Source: a virus
IMG/VR virus record: IMGVR_UViG_3300045988_178894
Location: 1 to 59,540 of that record
DNA: 59,540 nucleotides
Strand: one strand, 5' to 3'
Shown: in pieces, positions 9,347-18,276 of the stretch
How positions within the stretch are numbered: position 1 is the first letter of the stretch
Layout: the number at the start of each line of letters is the position of its first letter
The notes under the pieces: model-generated
Databases searched by the model: none
Seen by the model: only the letters and a program-made list of their open reading frames with translations
Told to the model about the DNA's origin: nothing
Program-made: the position numbers and the translations under genes

Positions 9347-9958
9347 TCAGAACGGAGTGGTCGAGCTGTCGACCGGCTCGTACTCGACCTCGTCGACCTG
9401 CCCCCGCGGGCTGCCCATCAGCGGAGAGCCGTCGGGGTTGAACATCGGCTGCCCGGTCTCGCGGTCCACGCGCTGACGCGGCGGGGCCACCGACGTCTTG
9501 ATCGTGCACTTGCGACGCAGCATCAGCGCGAACAGGCGGTCGACAGTCGTCTTCAGCCCAGCCGCGTTGAGCATGGGCGCCCGCTCGCGCGGGTCCTCGC
9601 GCCACAGGTCCACAGCCTCCAGCATCCGCCGGAAACCGGGGTTGAGGACCCGCGTGGTCCGCCCCTGCTCCGTGCGCTTGAAGTAGAGGACCGTGTACCC
9701 CAGCACGACGACACCGTGGTCGGGGTCGTTGGCGTCGTCGATGGCGTACGTGAGGACGGCCATCGGCAGACCCTTGGACGACAGTCGGCACTCCGTCTTG
9801 GTGACGACGGCGTTGTGGAAGCCGGGCTCGGGGGCGCGGAACGAGAACTCCTCCGCGACCTCCACCTGGGACAGGTCGAGGCCGTCCAGGGCGGTGAGGT
9901 CCGCGCCGGACGTACCGGCGGCGGGGGCGAACGGGGCGAAGGGGTCGTTGGCGGTCAT
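9347..9958 (-). CDS. putative ssDNA-binding protein (DUF669-like by position)
   Basis: Start ATG 9958 in an ATGA overlap with the AAA_24 gene stop. Function inferred from the common Sak4/DUF669 gene pairing; no diagnostic motif seen. Confidence 0.45.
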   Translation of the reverse strand: MTANDPFAPFAPAAGTSGADLTALDGLDLSQVEVAEEFSFRAPEPGFHNAVVTKTECRLSSKGLPMAVLTYAIDDANDPDHGVVVLGYTVLYFKRTEQGRTTRVLNPGFRRMLEAVDLWREDPRERAPMLNAAGLKTTVDRLFALMLRRKCTIKTSVAPPRQRVDRETGQPMFNPDGSPLMGSPRGQVDEVEYEPVDSSTTPF

Positions 9959-10722
9959 GCGTTCTCCTTGTTGGTGTTGGTGTTGTGAGCAAGAGACCAG
10001 ATCTGTGACATGGTCGGGTTGATCAGGTGGTCGGGGAAGGAGCGGGTGCGCCGCTTCGTGATGGTGCCGGGCATGAAGAACGACGCCCGCATGACGGGCT
10101 TGCCCTCGTTCTGTCCGGCCTGCATGTAGACGACGAAGTCGAACTTCGAGGGCATGTGCTTGCCGGACTGGTTGCCCTTGAAGGCGGGCCCCACCTGCGT
10201 CTCCCCCGTGACCGAGTTGACCATGCGGTCCACGTGGGTGGTGACGATGAGGTTGACGCCGTCGACACGGCGGAAGGCGTCGACGAGGGTCACCACGTTG
10301 TCGTAGGCGTCGGTCCACGGCACATAGTTGTTGCCGGGGTTGGCGGTCTTGGCCTCGCGGACGATGAGCTCCTGGAGGGCGTCGACGGTGTCGAGCACGA
10401 CGGTGCGGTAGGGGAACGCCCCGGCCTGCATGGCGGGGCGCACGACCTGGTAGATGAACTTGTTCGTCTCAGCCCAGGTGTCCAGGTGGACGATGGTCAG
10501 GTTGTCCAGGTCGCCCCAGTCGCGCAGAGGGAGGGTTCCCCTCTCGAAGTCGAGGTAGAGCACGGGGCTCATCTCCTCGGCCTTGGAGGCGGTGGCGGCC
10601 AGTGAGGTCTTCGCCGTTCCGGCCCCTCCGTACATGAGTAGCGAGATATCCTTGAGCTCCTGCGGATCCTCCGCCTTGAAACCGGCCGCTGCGAGCATCT
10701 TATCGAATGCTGCCGTCGACAT
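9955..10722 (-). CDS. AAA_24 / Sak4-like RecA-fold ATPase
   Basis: Walker A LLMYGGAGTAKTS, Walker B-like TVVLDTVD. Size and order are typical of the phage Sak4 family. Confidence 0.7.
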   Translation of the reverse strand: MSTAAFDKMLAAAGFKAEDPQELKDISLLMYGGAGTAKTSLAATASKAEEMSPVLYLDFERGTLPLRDWGDLDNLTIVHLDTWAETNKFIYQVVRPAMQAGAFPYRTVVLDTVDALQELIVREAKTANPGNNYVPWTDAYDNVVTLVDAFRRVDGVNLIVTTHVDRMVNSVTGETQVGPAFKGNQSGKHMPSKFDFVVYMQAGQNEGKPVMRASFFMPGTITKRRTRSFPDHLINPTMSQIWSLAHNTNTNKENA

Positions 10723-11135
10723 CAGGCCGCCTCTCCGCTGTTGTTGTTCGGGCCCTCATCGAGCGGGAACAGCGCCAGCTGCTTCCAGCCCGGCAGCGTC
10801 AGGGTGTCGACGAGCTCGGCGCCCTCGACGCCGCGCAGGCGCCACAGGGCCACCAGGCGCTCCAGGTCATCCTCAGTGCGCAGGTTGACCTCCTCGCCCC
10901 GGCTGGTCAGCGTGCACTCGATGCGGTCGTGCCCCCTCGTGCCAGCCGGACGAGTCAGCGCGAGGACGAGCGGCTCGGTGTCGATGTTGAGCTCATTGGT
11001 GATGGTCCACATCGTGGTACTGTCTCCACACAGGAGCCGCACCTCCTCGCCGTCGCTGACGATCAGACCGGGCAGCCGCCCCATCCTCTCCAGGGCACGC
11101 TCAATGCCCCTGGTACGAATCGCCGAGCCCTTCAT
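10722..11135 (-). CDS. hypothetical protein
   Basis: ATG 11135 (MKGSAIR) forms an ATGA overlap with the upstream stop. Confidence 0.55.
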   Translation of the reverse strand: MKGSAIRTRGIERALERMGRLPGLIVSDGEEVRLLCGDSTTMWTITNELNIDTEPLVLALTRPAGTRGHDRIECTLTSRGEEVNLRTEDDLERLVALWRLRGVEGAELVDTLTLPGWKQLALFPLDEGPNNNSGEAA

Positions 11136-11392
11136 CGCGCCTCCCTCTCGATCCACTTGAGGACCTCGTCGTGGTAGCCCACGTAGGCCCGCGTCCAGCC
11201 CGTCGACTCACTCCACTCGAAGATGGCGACGGCCCCGTTGTTCCCGGCGACCAGTGCCATCTGACGCCCGTCCTTGGTGTAGACGACCCTGTAGCGGCCC
11301 AGGTTGTTGCGGGGTCGGTCGAGCACCCACCCCGCCTTCCTCAGCGCCTCTTCGATCATGCCGATACTGGTGATCACGGCATGCCTCCCCAT
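11132..11392 (-). CDS. hypothetical protein (start uncertain: ATG 11392, GTG 11377 or ATG 11359)
   Basis: GC3-rich frame. GTG 11377 would give a GTGA overlap with the upstream stop. Confidence 0.55.
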   Translation of the reverse strand: MGRHAVITSIGMIEEALRKAGWVLDRPRNNLGRYRVVYTKDGRQMALVAGNNGAVAIFEWSESTGWTRAYVGYHDEVLKWIEREAR

Positions 11393-12162
11393 GCGGCCAT
11401 GTCGGCCTCCTCCTTCTTCAGTCGCTTGCAGCGGTAGCAGCCGGGCGAGGACTCGTACCCTCCACTCGACACCCCCGCCCCTTCCTTCTCCTCGCCACGG
11501 ACCCGGGCCACGAGCTCGCTGAAACGGCCCAGGACGGCCTCGGCGACGGCCCGACGGTACTGGAACACCAGCGTCCGGGCCGCGCCCGGCAGAACGTCCG
11601 TGGATGCGTCACGCGGGATCATGAGCAGGCTCGCCCGCTCCACCTCGTAGCCGTCGCGCTCCAGGGCGTAGCCGTAGAGCATCATCTGCGCGTAGTACTT
11701 CCACGCGGTCTCCCAGATGATCCTGTCCCGATCCATGAGGACCGAGCCGTCCAGGCGGTTGTGCACCACGGAGGAGACCCCCGCGATGCGGGCCTTCGAC
11801 AGGACCTTCCAGTCGATGACCTCCCTGCGCTCGATGTCGAACAGGTCGACAGTGCCCCTGATCGGTCCGTAGCCGTCAACCTGGGCGACGTCGACCCGCT
11901 TCTCCACGAGGACCAGCCCCGCCCGCCCCTCCGGGGAGTTCGACAGGCGCTGCTGGGCGAGCAGGTGGAAGGCCGTGCCCAGCAGCGGGGCGAGCGGGGT
12001 GCCCGCCCTCTTGTCCTCGTAGGTGCCGCGGATCTTATCGGCCAGGCAGCGTTCGCACACCTCGCCGAGTTCGGAGGGCCCCACGTGGCGCTGCCGGTCC
12101 CGGTCGGTGGGGGCTCCGACGATCTCCAGCGCCCGGCCGGTGGCCTCAGAGCCCCACATCAC
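11374..12162 (-). CDS. PD-(D/E)xK nuclease, Cas4/RecB-like exonuclease
   Basis: VDLFD..EVIDWKV (D..ExK), QMMLYGYA (QxxxY). Cys pairs CERC near the N-terminus and CYRC near the C-terminus suggest an Fe-S site. Confidence 0.7.
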   Translation of the reverse strand: MMWGSEATGRALEIVGAPTDRDRQRHVGPSELGEVCERCLADKIRGTYEDKRAGTPLAPLLGTAFHLLAQQRLSNSPEGRAGLVLVEKRVDVAQVDGYGPIRGTVDLFDIERREVIDWKVLSKARIAGVSSVVHNRLDGSVLMDRDRIIWETAWKYYAQMMLYGYALERDGYEVERASLLMIPRDASTDVLPGAARTLVFQYRRAVAEAVLGRFSELVARVRGEEKEGAGVSSGGYESSPGCYRCKRLKKEEADMAAWGGMP

Positions 12163-12524
12163 AGGCCCTCGTCTTCGCCGTCGCTCCGAACCCGCTGCAC
12201 GAGGTAGGGTTCGCCGCTCTCGCAGGCCTGCGCATAGATGTCGGGGAACCGCTCCTTCAGGGCTCCGGGGTCGATGACCTCCTTGTACACGCCCATCCGT
12301 TCGTCCGTCGACACAAGCCTCTCGTCGAGCAGGGCGGCGGCGACGAAGGGGCGGAAGTGCGACCGGCGGGTGAGCACGGCGCCGTCGTAGCGGTCGAGCC
12401 CCCGTCGGGTCATCTCGGCGGTGATCGCCTGGTTGAGGCCGGTCAACTGCCTGTTGACGGCGGAGCGGGCCTCGATGAGCCCGGCCCGTCGTTCGATCAA
12501 TTCGGACAGTTCGTCATCGTTCAC
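12159..12524 (-). CDS. hypothetical protein
   Basis: 121 aa, ATG start, coupled to the downstream nuclease gene. Confidence 0.6.
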   Translation of the reverse strand: MNDDELSELIERRAGLIEARSAVNRQLTGLNQAITAEMTRRGLDRYDGAVLTRRSHFRPFVAAALLDERLVSTDERMGVYKEVIDPGALKERFPDIYAQACESGEPYLVQRVRSDGEDEGL

Positions 12525-12544
12525 GTACTGTTCCTCTCTTCCTT

Positions 12545-13993
12545 CTAGATGAGCCCTGATTCCGTCAGGGCGCGGTGCCTTTCGGCAAGTCTTCCGACGA
12601 CGGTGTCGTCAATGGTCCCGGGGCACTGCACCAGGTAGCGCACGACGCCCCGTTCCTGCCCGGAACGATGCAGTCGCCCCTGAGCCTGCTCGTTGATGAC
12701 CAGGGAGGAGTCCCTCGACAGCCAGATCTCGGTATGGCAGTCCGTCTGGAGTCCGTCGACGCCCTCGGCGATGGCGGACACGACGGCCAGGAGGATCTGA
12801 ACCCCGTGGTCGTCGCGGAACGTGCGCCAGCCCTCGTGGTCGTCCCCGCTGACCTGCTCCACCCGGTAGCCCGCCTTCTCCAGGCGCCACCGCAACGGCA
12901 CCAGGAACTTGCGGGAGTGGGTGAAGACGATGACCCGCTCGTCGCCGAGGTCCCGGAGGATATCGAGCAGGGCGTCGATCTTGCCGCTCTTCGAATCCTT
13001 GTCGAAGGTGACGACCTCCTTCACTCCCCCTTCCCGTGTCTGCAAGGCGTGCTCCGTGACGATGGGCTGGGCGAGGGTGACCTGCTGAAGGCGCGTGTCG
13101 AGAACAACCGGGAGGTTGACGGCCACGGGGTGGTCGTCGAGCCATGCGATCGCCTTGTCCCGCCACTGCTTGTAGATGCGCTTCTGGTCCCGAGTCATGG
13201 TGGCCGCCACCCGGCGGATGTCGACGTCGGCCAGTTCGGGTAGGGCCTGCTCCCGCGTCACCGACACCCAGCACGGCGTCGTGGCCCGCACTCGTCCGGG
13301 CCACTTCTCCTCGCCGTAGAGCTTCCCGTACCCGGTGTCGGAATACGGGTTGAACTGCGACTTGAAGAAGAAGTCGGCGAAGCGGGTGAACGAGGTGTAG
13401 CGCACGGGCCACAGGAAGTGCAGGGCCCCGAAGATGTTGACGGGCAGGTTGCCCGCCGGTGTGGCCGACAGAGCCAGACGGCGCCTAGCCCGGATGCGGC
13501 ACAGGACCTTGGAGTTGAGGGACCGGGGGTTGCAGGCGCGGTGCACCTCGTCGGCGATGACGACGTCGAAGAGGGTGCCTCCGAAAGCGTGCGTGTCGGG
13601 GGCGGAGACCATCTTCCCGGTCCGGTTGTCCTTCTTCTTGTGCTTGTTGCGAGCGGTCATGAGGGACCAGCCGATGAAGAAGACCCCACACTCCTGCCTG
13701 TCCCACAGAGCTTCGAGGTTCGCCTTCCTGTCCGCGCCCTTGGCCGCGCACTCGCGCAGCTCCAGGCCCCAGACCTCCTCAACGTGGCGCCGCCAGCCGT
13801 CGATGGTGTGCAGGGGCGCGACGATGAGGACGCGGGCGCCCTCGGGTTCCCTCCCCTCTTCTTTCAGACTCCGCTCGGCGCAGGCCAGGGCCGTCAGAGT
13901 CTTCCCCGCTCCTAGGGCGAGGGCCAAAAGGCCCGTGCCCCCGGCGGCGGCGACCTGCTCGACCGCCGCCGCCTGGTAGTCACGAAGCTCCAT
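12545..13993 (-). CDS. SNF2-family DEAD/H helicase
   Basis: Start ATG 13993 (MELRDYQ). Motif I LGAGKT, motif II VIADEVH, motif III LALSATP, motif VI QAQGRLHRSGQ. Confidence 0.85.
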   Translation of the reverse strand: MELRDYQAAAVEQVAAAGGTGLLALALGAGKTLTALACAERSLKEEGREPEGARVLIVAPLHTIDGWRRHVEEVWGLELRECAAKGADRKANLEALWDRQECGVFFIGWSLMTARNKHKKKDNRTGKMVSAPDTHAFGGTLFDVVIADEVHRACNPRSLNSKVLCRIRARRRLALSATPAGNLPVNIFGALHFLWPVRYTSFTRFADFFFKSQFNPYSDTGYGKLYGEEKWPGRVRATTPCWVSVTREQALPELADVDIRRVAATMTRDQKRIYKQWRDKAIAWLDDHPVAVNLPVVLDTRLQQVTLAQPIVTEHALQTREGGVKEVVTFDKDSKSGKIDALLDILRDLGDERVIVFTHSRKFLVPLRWRLEKAGYRVEQVSGDDHEGWRTFRDDHGVQILLAVVSAIAEGVDGLQTDCHTEIWLSRDSSLVINEQAQGRLHRSGQERGVVRYLVQCPGTIDDTVVGRLAERHRALTESGLI

Positions 13994-14390
13994 CGCCGCC
14001 CCGCTCCTCCCACTTCTTGAGCGTGTTGCGAGCCAGGTCCTCGACGTCGACGGCCACCTTGCGCAGGATGTGATCGACATCGTTGCCGCGGTAGTAGACG
14101 ACGTCGTCGCAGCGCTGGTAGCCCTCATGGATCCCGTCGGTGAGCAGACTCGGCTCGCTGACGTGGAAGGCCACCTCCGGCACCATGACCCCGTGGTCGC
14201 GCAGATAGTAGTACGGGCCCCTCAGGGTACCCAGCACGTGCCACAGCCAGGGGTCCCTGATGCGCACGCACACGTCCGCGCCACCCTCGTCATCCCACTT
14301 GTCGTCTTCTGTAGCGCAAGCCGACACCCGCACGGGCGGGATGTCGTCGGGCAGGTGCGCCTTGAGCCGGTCTTCGATGTAGTTGATCAT
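13980..14390 (-). CDS. hypothetical protein
   Basis: 136 aa, ATG start, GC3-rich. Confidence 0.6.
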   Translation of the reverse strand: MINYIEDRLKAHLPDDIPPVRVSACATEDDKWDDEGGADVCVRIRDPWLWHVLGTLRGPYYYLRDHGVMVPEVAFHVSEPSLLTDGIHEGYQRCDDVVYYRGNDVDHILRKVAVDVEDLARNTLKKWEERGGDGAS

Positions 14391-14407
14391 CTCTCTTCCT
14401 CTCTCCC

Positions 14408-14731
14408 CTACTTGACGGGGATGTCGATGTTCATGAGCGACGGCAGGGTCCGTTCGACGATCAGGTCAGGCTTGTCGAGGCGGGCGGTGTCGAGGTTGAT
14501 CTCGATGAGCTCCCCCGCCCGCCCGGTGCGCCGCATCAGCGTGAGCACGTCCCAGGCGGTGATGGCCGCCGTCCACTCCTGGCCGCCCATGACCCACACG
14601 ATCATGCACAGTCCCTCAGGGCCCTGGCTCTCGTCGGTGGGCAGGGGCCTGTAGCCCTTGCGGATCATGGCCACGCGCAGCCCCAGCATGGCCAGGGCCA
14701 GCTCGTTCGTCCTCTTGTCCTCAGCACTCAT
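14408..14731 (-). CDS. hypothetical protein
   Basis: Start ATG 14731 (MSAEDKRT). The upstream part of the track ORF looks off-frame. Confidence 0.55.
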   Translation of the reverse strand: MSAEDKRTNELALAMLGLRVAMIRKGYRPLPTDESQGPEGLCMIVWVMGGQEWTAAITAWDVLTLMRRTGRAGELIEINLDTARLDKPDLIVERTLPSLMNIDIPVK

Positions 14732-15080
14732 CGTCGTCCTCCTTCCTCGCCACGTCGGTTCCGGCCGGGGCCTCGTAGGGGTTGATCCGCAGCATCCACT
14801 GCGTGCCGTCGGGGGCGTCGTCGAGGCGGGAGAATCCATCTGGCCGGTGGACCAGGGTGCGCTGGGCGGTGGCCGCCAGGACCACGTAGTGGACCCACGA
14901 CATCCACTTGTCTCGTTCGGCCTGTCCGTCCCAGGCGTTGGCCATGTCGACCAGTCGGTTGAGCATGTCGTCCAGGTACTCCCAGTGCACTCGCTTGGCG
15001 CTCTTAAGGTTTCCGCACCACAGTTCGATGCGGTCGTCGGTGTAGGGGCGGCCGGGCTCGTTGAAGTACTCGAAGTTCAC
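14721..15080 (-). CDS. hypothetical protein (DDAPDG-motif paralog 1)
   Basis: GTG start in a GTGA overlap. SRLDDAPDGTQWMLRINP resembles SIIDDAPDGQNWSVVFTP in the next gene. Confidence 0.6.
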   Translation of the reverse strand: MNFEYFNEPGRPYTDDRIELWCGNLKSAKRVHWEYLDDMLNRLVDMANAWDGQAERDKWMSWVHYVVLAATAQRTLVHRPDGFSRLDDAPDGTQWMLRINPYEAPAGTDVARKEDDDEC

Positions 15081-15328
15081 CGCCGCCCCCTGGCCGGAGT
15101 GAACACGACGGACCAGTTCTGGCCGTCGGGGGCGTCGTCGATGATGCTCGTGGCCTCCTCAGTGCCACCCAGGGAGTCCATGGCGTCGCGCTGGGCGACG
15201 AGGCGGTCGGCGAACACCGTCCACTCCATCCCCTCGATCTCCGAGGTCCTGGAGACCCGGCGGACGACACCGCGCAGCCTGGCGACGGTGACCTCCTGGC
15301 CGTTGCGCAGGATCTTCGTGTTGAGCAT
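15077..15328 (-). CDS. hypothetical protein (DDAPDG-motif paralog 2)
   Basis: 83 aa, ATG start, shares a motif with 14721..15080. Confidence 0.6.
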   Translation of the reverse strand: MLNTKILRNGQEVTVARLRGVVRRVSRTSEIEGMEWTVFADRLVAQRDAMDSLGGTEEATSIIDDAPDGQNWSVVFTPARGRR

Positions 15329-15340
15329 GTTGCTGTCCTC

Positions 15341-15976
15341 TCACTCGGTGTGGTTGTTAAGGTCCCAGATAACGTAGCGGGGCAGGGCGCCCCCGGGTGC
15401 GATGCGCTCGACACCGTACTGCCGGGGGGTGTCGACCACGACCTGCACGGACCCGTACCCGTTCGTGTTTTCGGGATTCATGCACACGGTCCCCTGCGTC
15501 GTCGTGATGATCGTGGAGCCGTCGCCCGTGCGCTCGATGATGTGCGGCCCCAACCGCTTGGCCGCGTCGGCGGCGATCAGGCGGATCGTCTGGTCCGCCA
15601 GGGCCCTGATCCCCGCATCCACGGCGTCGTTGTAGTAGTCGTGCTCCCTCATGTCCAGGAAGGGCCCCATACCGGAGTCCCTGAGGCGCACGGTCCCCTT
15701 GCGGACGTTGAATTTGTAGATGCCGTCGAGCGCCCGGTCCAGGCTGGGAAGGATGTCGTCGGTGAACGCCCGCTCGGTGAGGTACATGGCGGCGGCGACG
15801 TCGGTGATGTCCTGGTCGCGCCCGCCCAACCAGATGGTCATGCTGCCGAAGGTGTCCTCGTAAGGCCAAGCGGTTCTGTCGTCCCAGTCGCAGGTGACCT
15901 GACCGTCGCTGAACTGGACGGCGCTGCGCATAGCCTTGGGCAGGTGGCCCTTGATTCTCTCCTCCGCAGTGCTCAC
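15341..15976 (-). CDS. hypothetical protein
   Basis: 211 aa, GTG start in a GTGA overlap. Confidence 0.6.
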   Translation of the reverse strand: MSTAEERIKGHLPKAMRSAVQFSDGQVTCDWDDRTAWPYEDTFGSMTIWLGGRDQDITDVAAAMYLTERAFTDDILPSLDRALDGIYKFNVRKGTVRLRDSGMGPFLDMREHDYYNDAVDAGIRALADQTIRLIAADAAKRLGPHIIERTGDGSTIITTTQGTVCMNPENTNGYGSVQVVVDTPRQYGVERIAPGGALPRYVIWDLNNHTE

Positions 15977-16185
15977 AGCAGGGCCCCCTCGCAGTCGACG
16001 CGGACCTCGAAGGGGAGGTCCTCCACGACGTCGTTGAAGCGGGGGTGGTGGGCCAGGTCGTCCACCGCCTGCCAGTAGTCGAGGTCTTCCTCGCCCGCGT
16101 TAGGGTGCCCGAAGGGGTGCGCGGGCAGGCCGTCCAGGTACATGTTGGTGACCCTCGCCGCCAGGTTCTCGATGTCAGTCGCCAT
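15973..16185 (-). CDS. hypothetical protein
   Basis: Start ATG 16185 (MATDIENL) after GGAAGAGAGGAACAGCA. Confidence 0.55.
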   Translation of the reverse strand: MATDIENLAARVTNMYLDGLPAHPFGHPNAGEEDLDYWQAVDDLAHHPRFNDVVEDLPFEVRVDCEGALL

Positions 16186-16609
16186 TGCTGTTCCTCTCTT
16201 CCTCTTCTCCTCCCGGCTGCGCCAGGAGGAAGACCTTCCATGTCTCATCATACCGGTACACCCCGCCGTCGGCGAGTACTATCTCGTTCTCGTTCAGTGC
16301 TGCGATCCCCAGGCCCCGCTCGCAGCTGATCCGCACCGAGCGGTCGTACTCGCACAGTCTCTCGTCGGCCTCGACCAGCAGCTCCCTGGCCGCCCTCTGC
16401 GAGTACCTCGACACCCGCCTGGTGATGCGGATCTGCCGATGCTTGACGACAAGTCCGCGCAGCGGACGGCCGAACAGGGCCAGCATGTAGGCCCCGTCCC
16501 GGGTGCGGACCCCGCGGGCGTGCACCAGGCGCTCGACGTCGTCCAGCGACACGCCCGCATGCTTGGCCAGCACCCGGGCCAGGCTGTCCAGGTTCGTCCT
16601 CGGGGTCAC
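16175..16609 (-). CDS. hypothetical protein
   Basis: GTG 16609 forms a GTGA overlap with the upstream stop (VTPRTNLDSLARVLAKHAGVS). Confidence 0.5.
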   Translation of the reverse strand: MTPRTNLDSLARVLAKHAGVSLDDVERLVHARGVRTRDGAYMLALFGRPLRGLVVKHRQIRITRRVSRYSQRAARELLVEADERLCEYDRSVRISCERGLGIAALNENEIVLADGGVYRYDETWKVFLLAQPGGEEEERNSNGD

Positions 16610-17427
16610 TCCTCCTCCTCCTTCTCGGCGTCCTCGTCGATCAGCCAGGCGATGGCGGCTTCCATGGTCTCGAAGTCCTCGGGGCTCATCATCGCGTTCG
16701 TCGCCCGCTTGACGAAGAACGTGTCGCTGCTCTTCGCCGACAGGCAGTTGATCACGCACCGCGAACCGCCGTCAGCCGGGTAGCGCAGGTCGACATCCAG
16801 GCTCAGCGCCCGCCCGGAGCGAATGTTGTCGAAAACCCAGTCCGACGACAGGCTCTGCCGCACGTCGGCGAAACCCTCCTCCGGCTGGAGGTCGATGTTG
16901 TCGACGATGGTCTCGCGGATGAACGAACGCAGATCCATGGCGCCCTTGTCGTAGGCGTCGGCAAGCACCATCCCCAGATCGTCGTCGACCTCGACAGTTC
17001 CCTCGTCGTTGAAGCAGATCATCCCGTCCTCACGCTCGCCGCCGGCCAGGTAGTTGACCATGTCGAGCACGGTCCCGACGACGTCGCCGGCCAGGTTGTT
17101 CATGGCCTCGTCCATATCCTGCGGGCTGTCGGTATCCCCGGCACCGGAGCGCGCCCAGTCCGCCGTCCACCACTCCAGGTCGGGAGTGTACTCGTCCTCA
17201 TTCGTGTTCAGTCTCCACTCCAAGTAGATGGTCTCCTCGCTGTGCGCCGTGTCCGCGTCGCCCAGGTCGATGACCAGGCGGGCCGTCCCGTCCTTGCCGG
17301 GGATGAGCCTCAGATCGCTGTCCTCGTCGTCCTCCCGCCCGGGGAAGTAGACGCCGACGCCGTAAGGCAGCGCTCGATCGAGGGCCTCGACCAGTTCGCC
17401 CCAGTCATCCGTCGTCTTGTTGTTCAC
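16606..17427 (-). CDS. strongly acidic hypothetical protein
   Basis: 273 aa, GTG start. Asp/Glu-rich throughout, ending in DEDAEKEEEE. Confidence 0.65.
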   Translation of the reverse strand: MNNKTTDDWGELVEALDRALPYGVGVYFPGREDDEDSDLRLIPGKDGTARLVIDLGDADTAHSEETIYLEWRLNTNEDEYTPDLEWWTADWARSGAGDTDSPQDMDEAMNNLAGDVVGTVLDMVNYLAGGEREDGMICFNDEGTVEVDDDLGMVLADAYDKGAMDLRSFIRETIVDNIDLQPEEGFADVRQSLSSDWVFDNIRSGRALSLDVDLRYPADGGSRCVINCLSAKSSDTFFVKRATNAMMSPEDFETMEAAIAWLIDEDAEKEEEE

Positions 17428-17459
17428 GATGATTCCTCTCTCTTCGATCTTGTGAACCG

Positions 17460-17510
17460 GCCCCCGGGGAGGACTCGAACCTCCGCATGCCGGAACCCTC
17501 CGGCCGGGGG
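17460..17510 (-). ncRNA. tRNA-like minihelix (acceptor + small hairpin + T-arm; no D arm, no 7-nt anticodon loop)
   Basis: Minus strand: CCCCCGG-CCGGAGGGTTCCGG-CATGC-GGAGG-TTCGAGT-CCTCC-CCGGGGG-C. Perfect 7-bp acceptor pairing and a canonical T-loop. Confidence 0.55.
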
Positions 17511-17520
17511 CGCCCGTCGG

Positions 17521-17922
17521 CTACCTCTTGAGCAGTCTGCGGGCGGTGGCTCCGGAGGCGGTCAGCCCCAGGCAGCCGTAGGTAACCCCATCCCGGCGCA
17601 CGTTGCGTCCGGGCGTGAGGATGTCATCCCGGTCGGGGAACAGTTCCTCGACCGTCGTCTGCACCATGCGCGTCACGATGAGGAACGTGTCCTCCCGGTA
17701 AGGCGGGAGGAAGGCGTGCGTGGCCCGCCCCTTGCACGACACGGGGATGACCGTGATCCCTCGCCACCCGGGCGTGGTGACGCCCACCGAGGTCATCCCC
17801 TCGTCCCGGTGTCGGACGGTGGGCGAGTTGCCGTCGGCCTGAAGCACCAGGATGGTGGTCTCCCGATCGGCGGGGTCGACAATCCGCAGCTGCCGGCCCG
17901 TCATGTTCAGGATGCGCGTCAT
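17521..17922 (-). CDS. hypothetical protein (paralog of 23831..24178)
   Basis: Start ATG 17922 (MTRILNMTGRQLRIV). Shares LN(L/M)T, IV(T/A), RxD(I/L), GC.GL landmarks with 23831..24178. Confidence 0.6.
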   Translation of the reverse strand: MTRILNMTGRQLRIVDPADRETTILVLQADGNSPTVRHRDEGMTSVGVTTPGWRGITVIPVSCKGRATHAFLPPYREDTFLIVTRMVQTTVEELFPDRDDILTPGRNVRRDGVTYGCLGLTASGATARRLLKR

Positions 17923-18248
17923 CAGTCCCCCTCCTCGATGTTCTTGGGCTCGGGTCCCCTGTTCTCGGCCATTACGGGCCTCCCGGCCTCCCACTCCTCG
18001 TCCGTCTTTCCCGCCTTGTACCCCTCGATGAAGTCGATCAGACCGTCAGGGTCGTCGACGAATCGCTTTCTCAGGCGGTAGCAGGTCTGCCAGCGGACCC
18101 GGTGCATCTCGAAGACGGCGTCGAAGAGCTCGTTGTCTTCCGACAGTCCCCAGTACTGGCTTCCCAGGCACTCGGTGATGATCCCCTGGAGCCAGACCTC
18201 GGCGCTGAATCGCCTGTCCCAGGCGGTGTAGGGCGTGTGGTCACTCAT
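17922..18248 (-). CDS. hypothetical protein
   Basis: Start ATG 18248 (MSDHTPYTAW) after GGAAAGAGAGGAAC. Confidence 0.6.
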   Translation of the reverse strand: MSDHTPYTAWDRRFSAEVWLQGIITECLGSQYWGLSEDNELFDAVFEMHRVRWQTCYRLRKRFVDDPDGLIDFIEGYKAGKTDEEWEAGRPVMAENRGPEPKNIEEGD

Positions 18249-18276
18249 GTGTTCCTCTCTTTCCTCTTGTGGCTGT

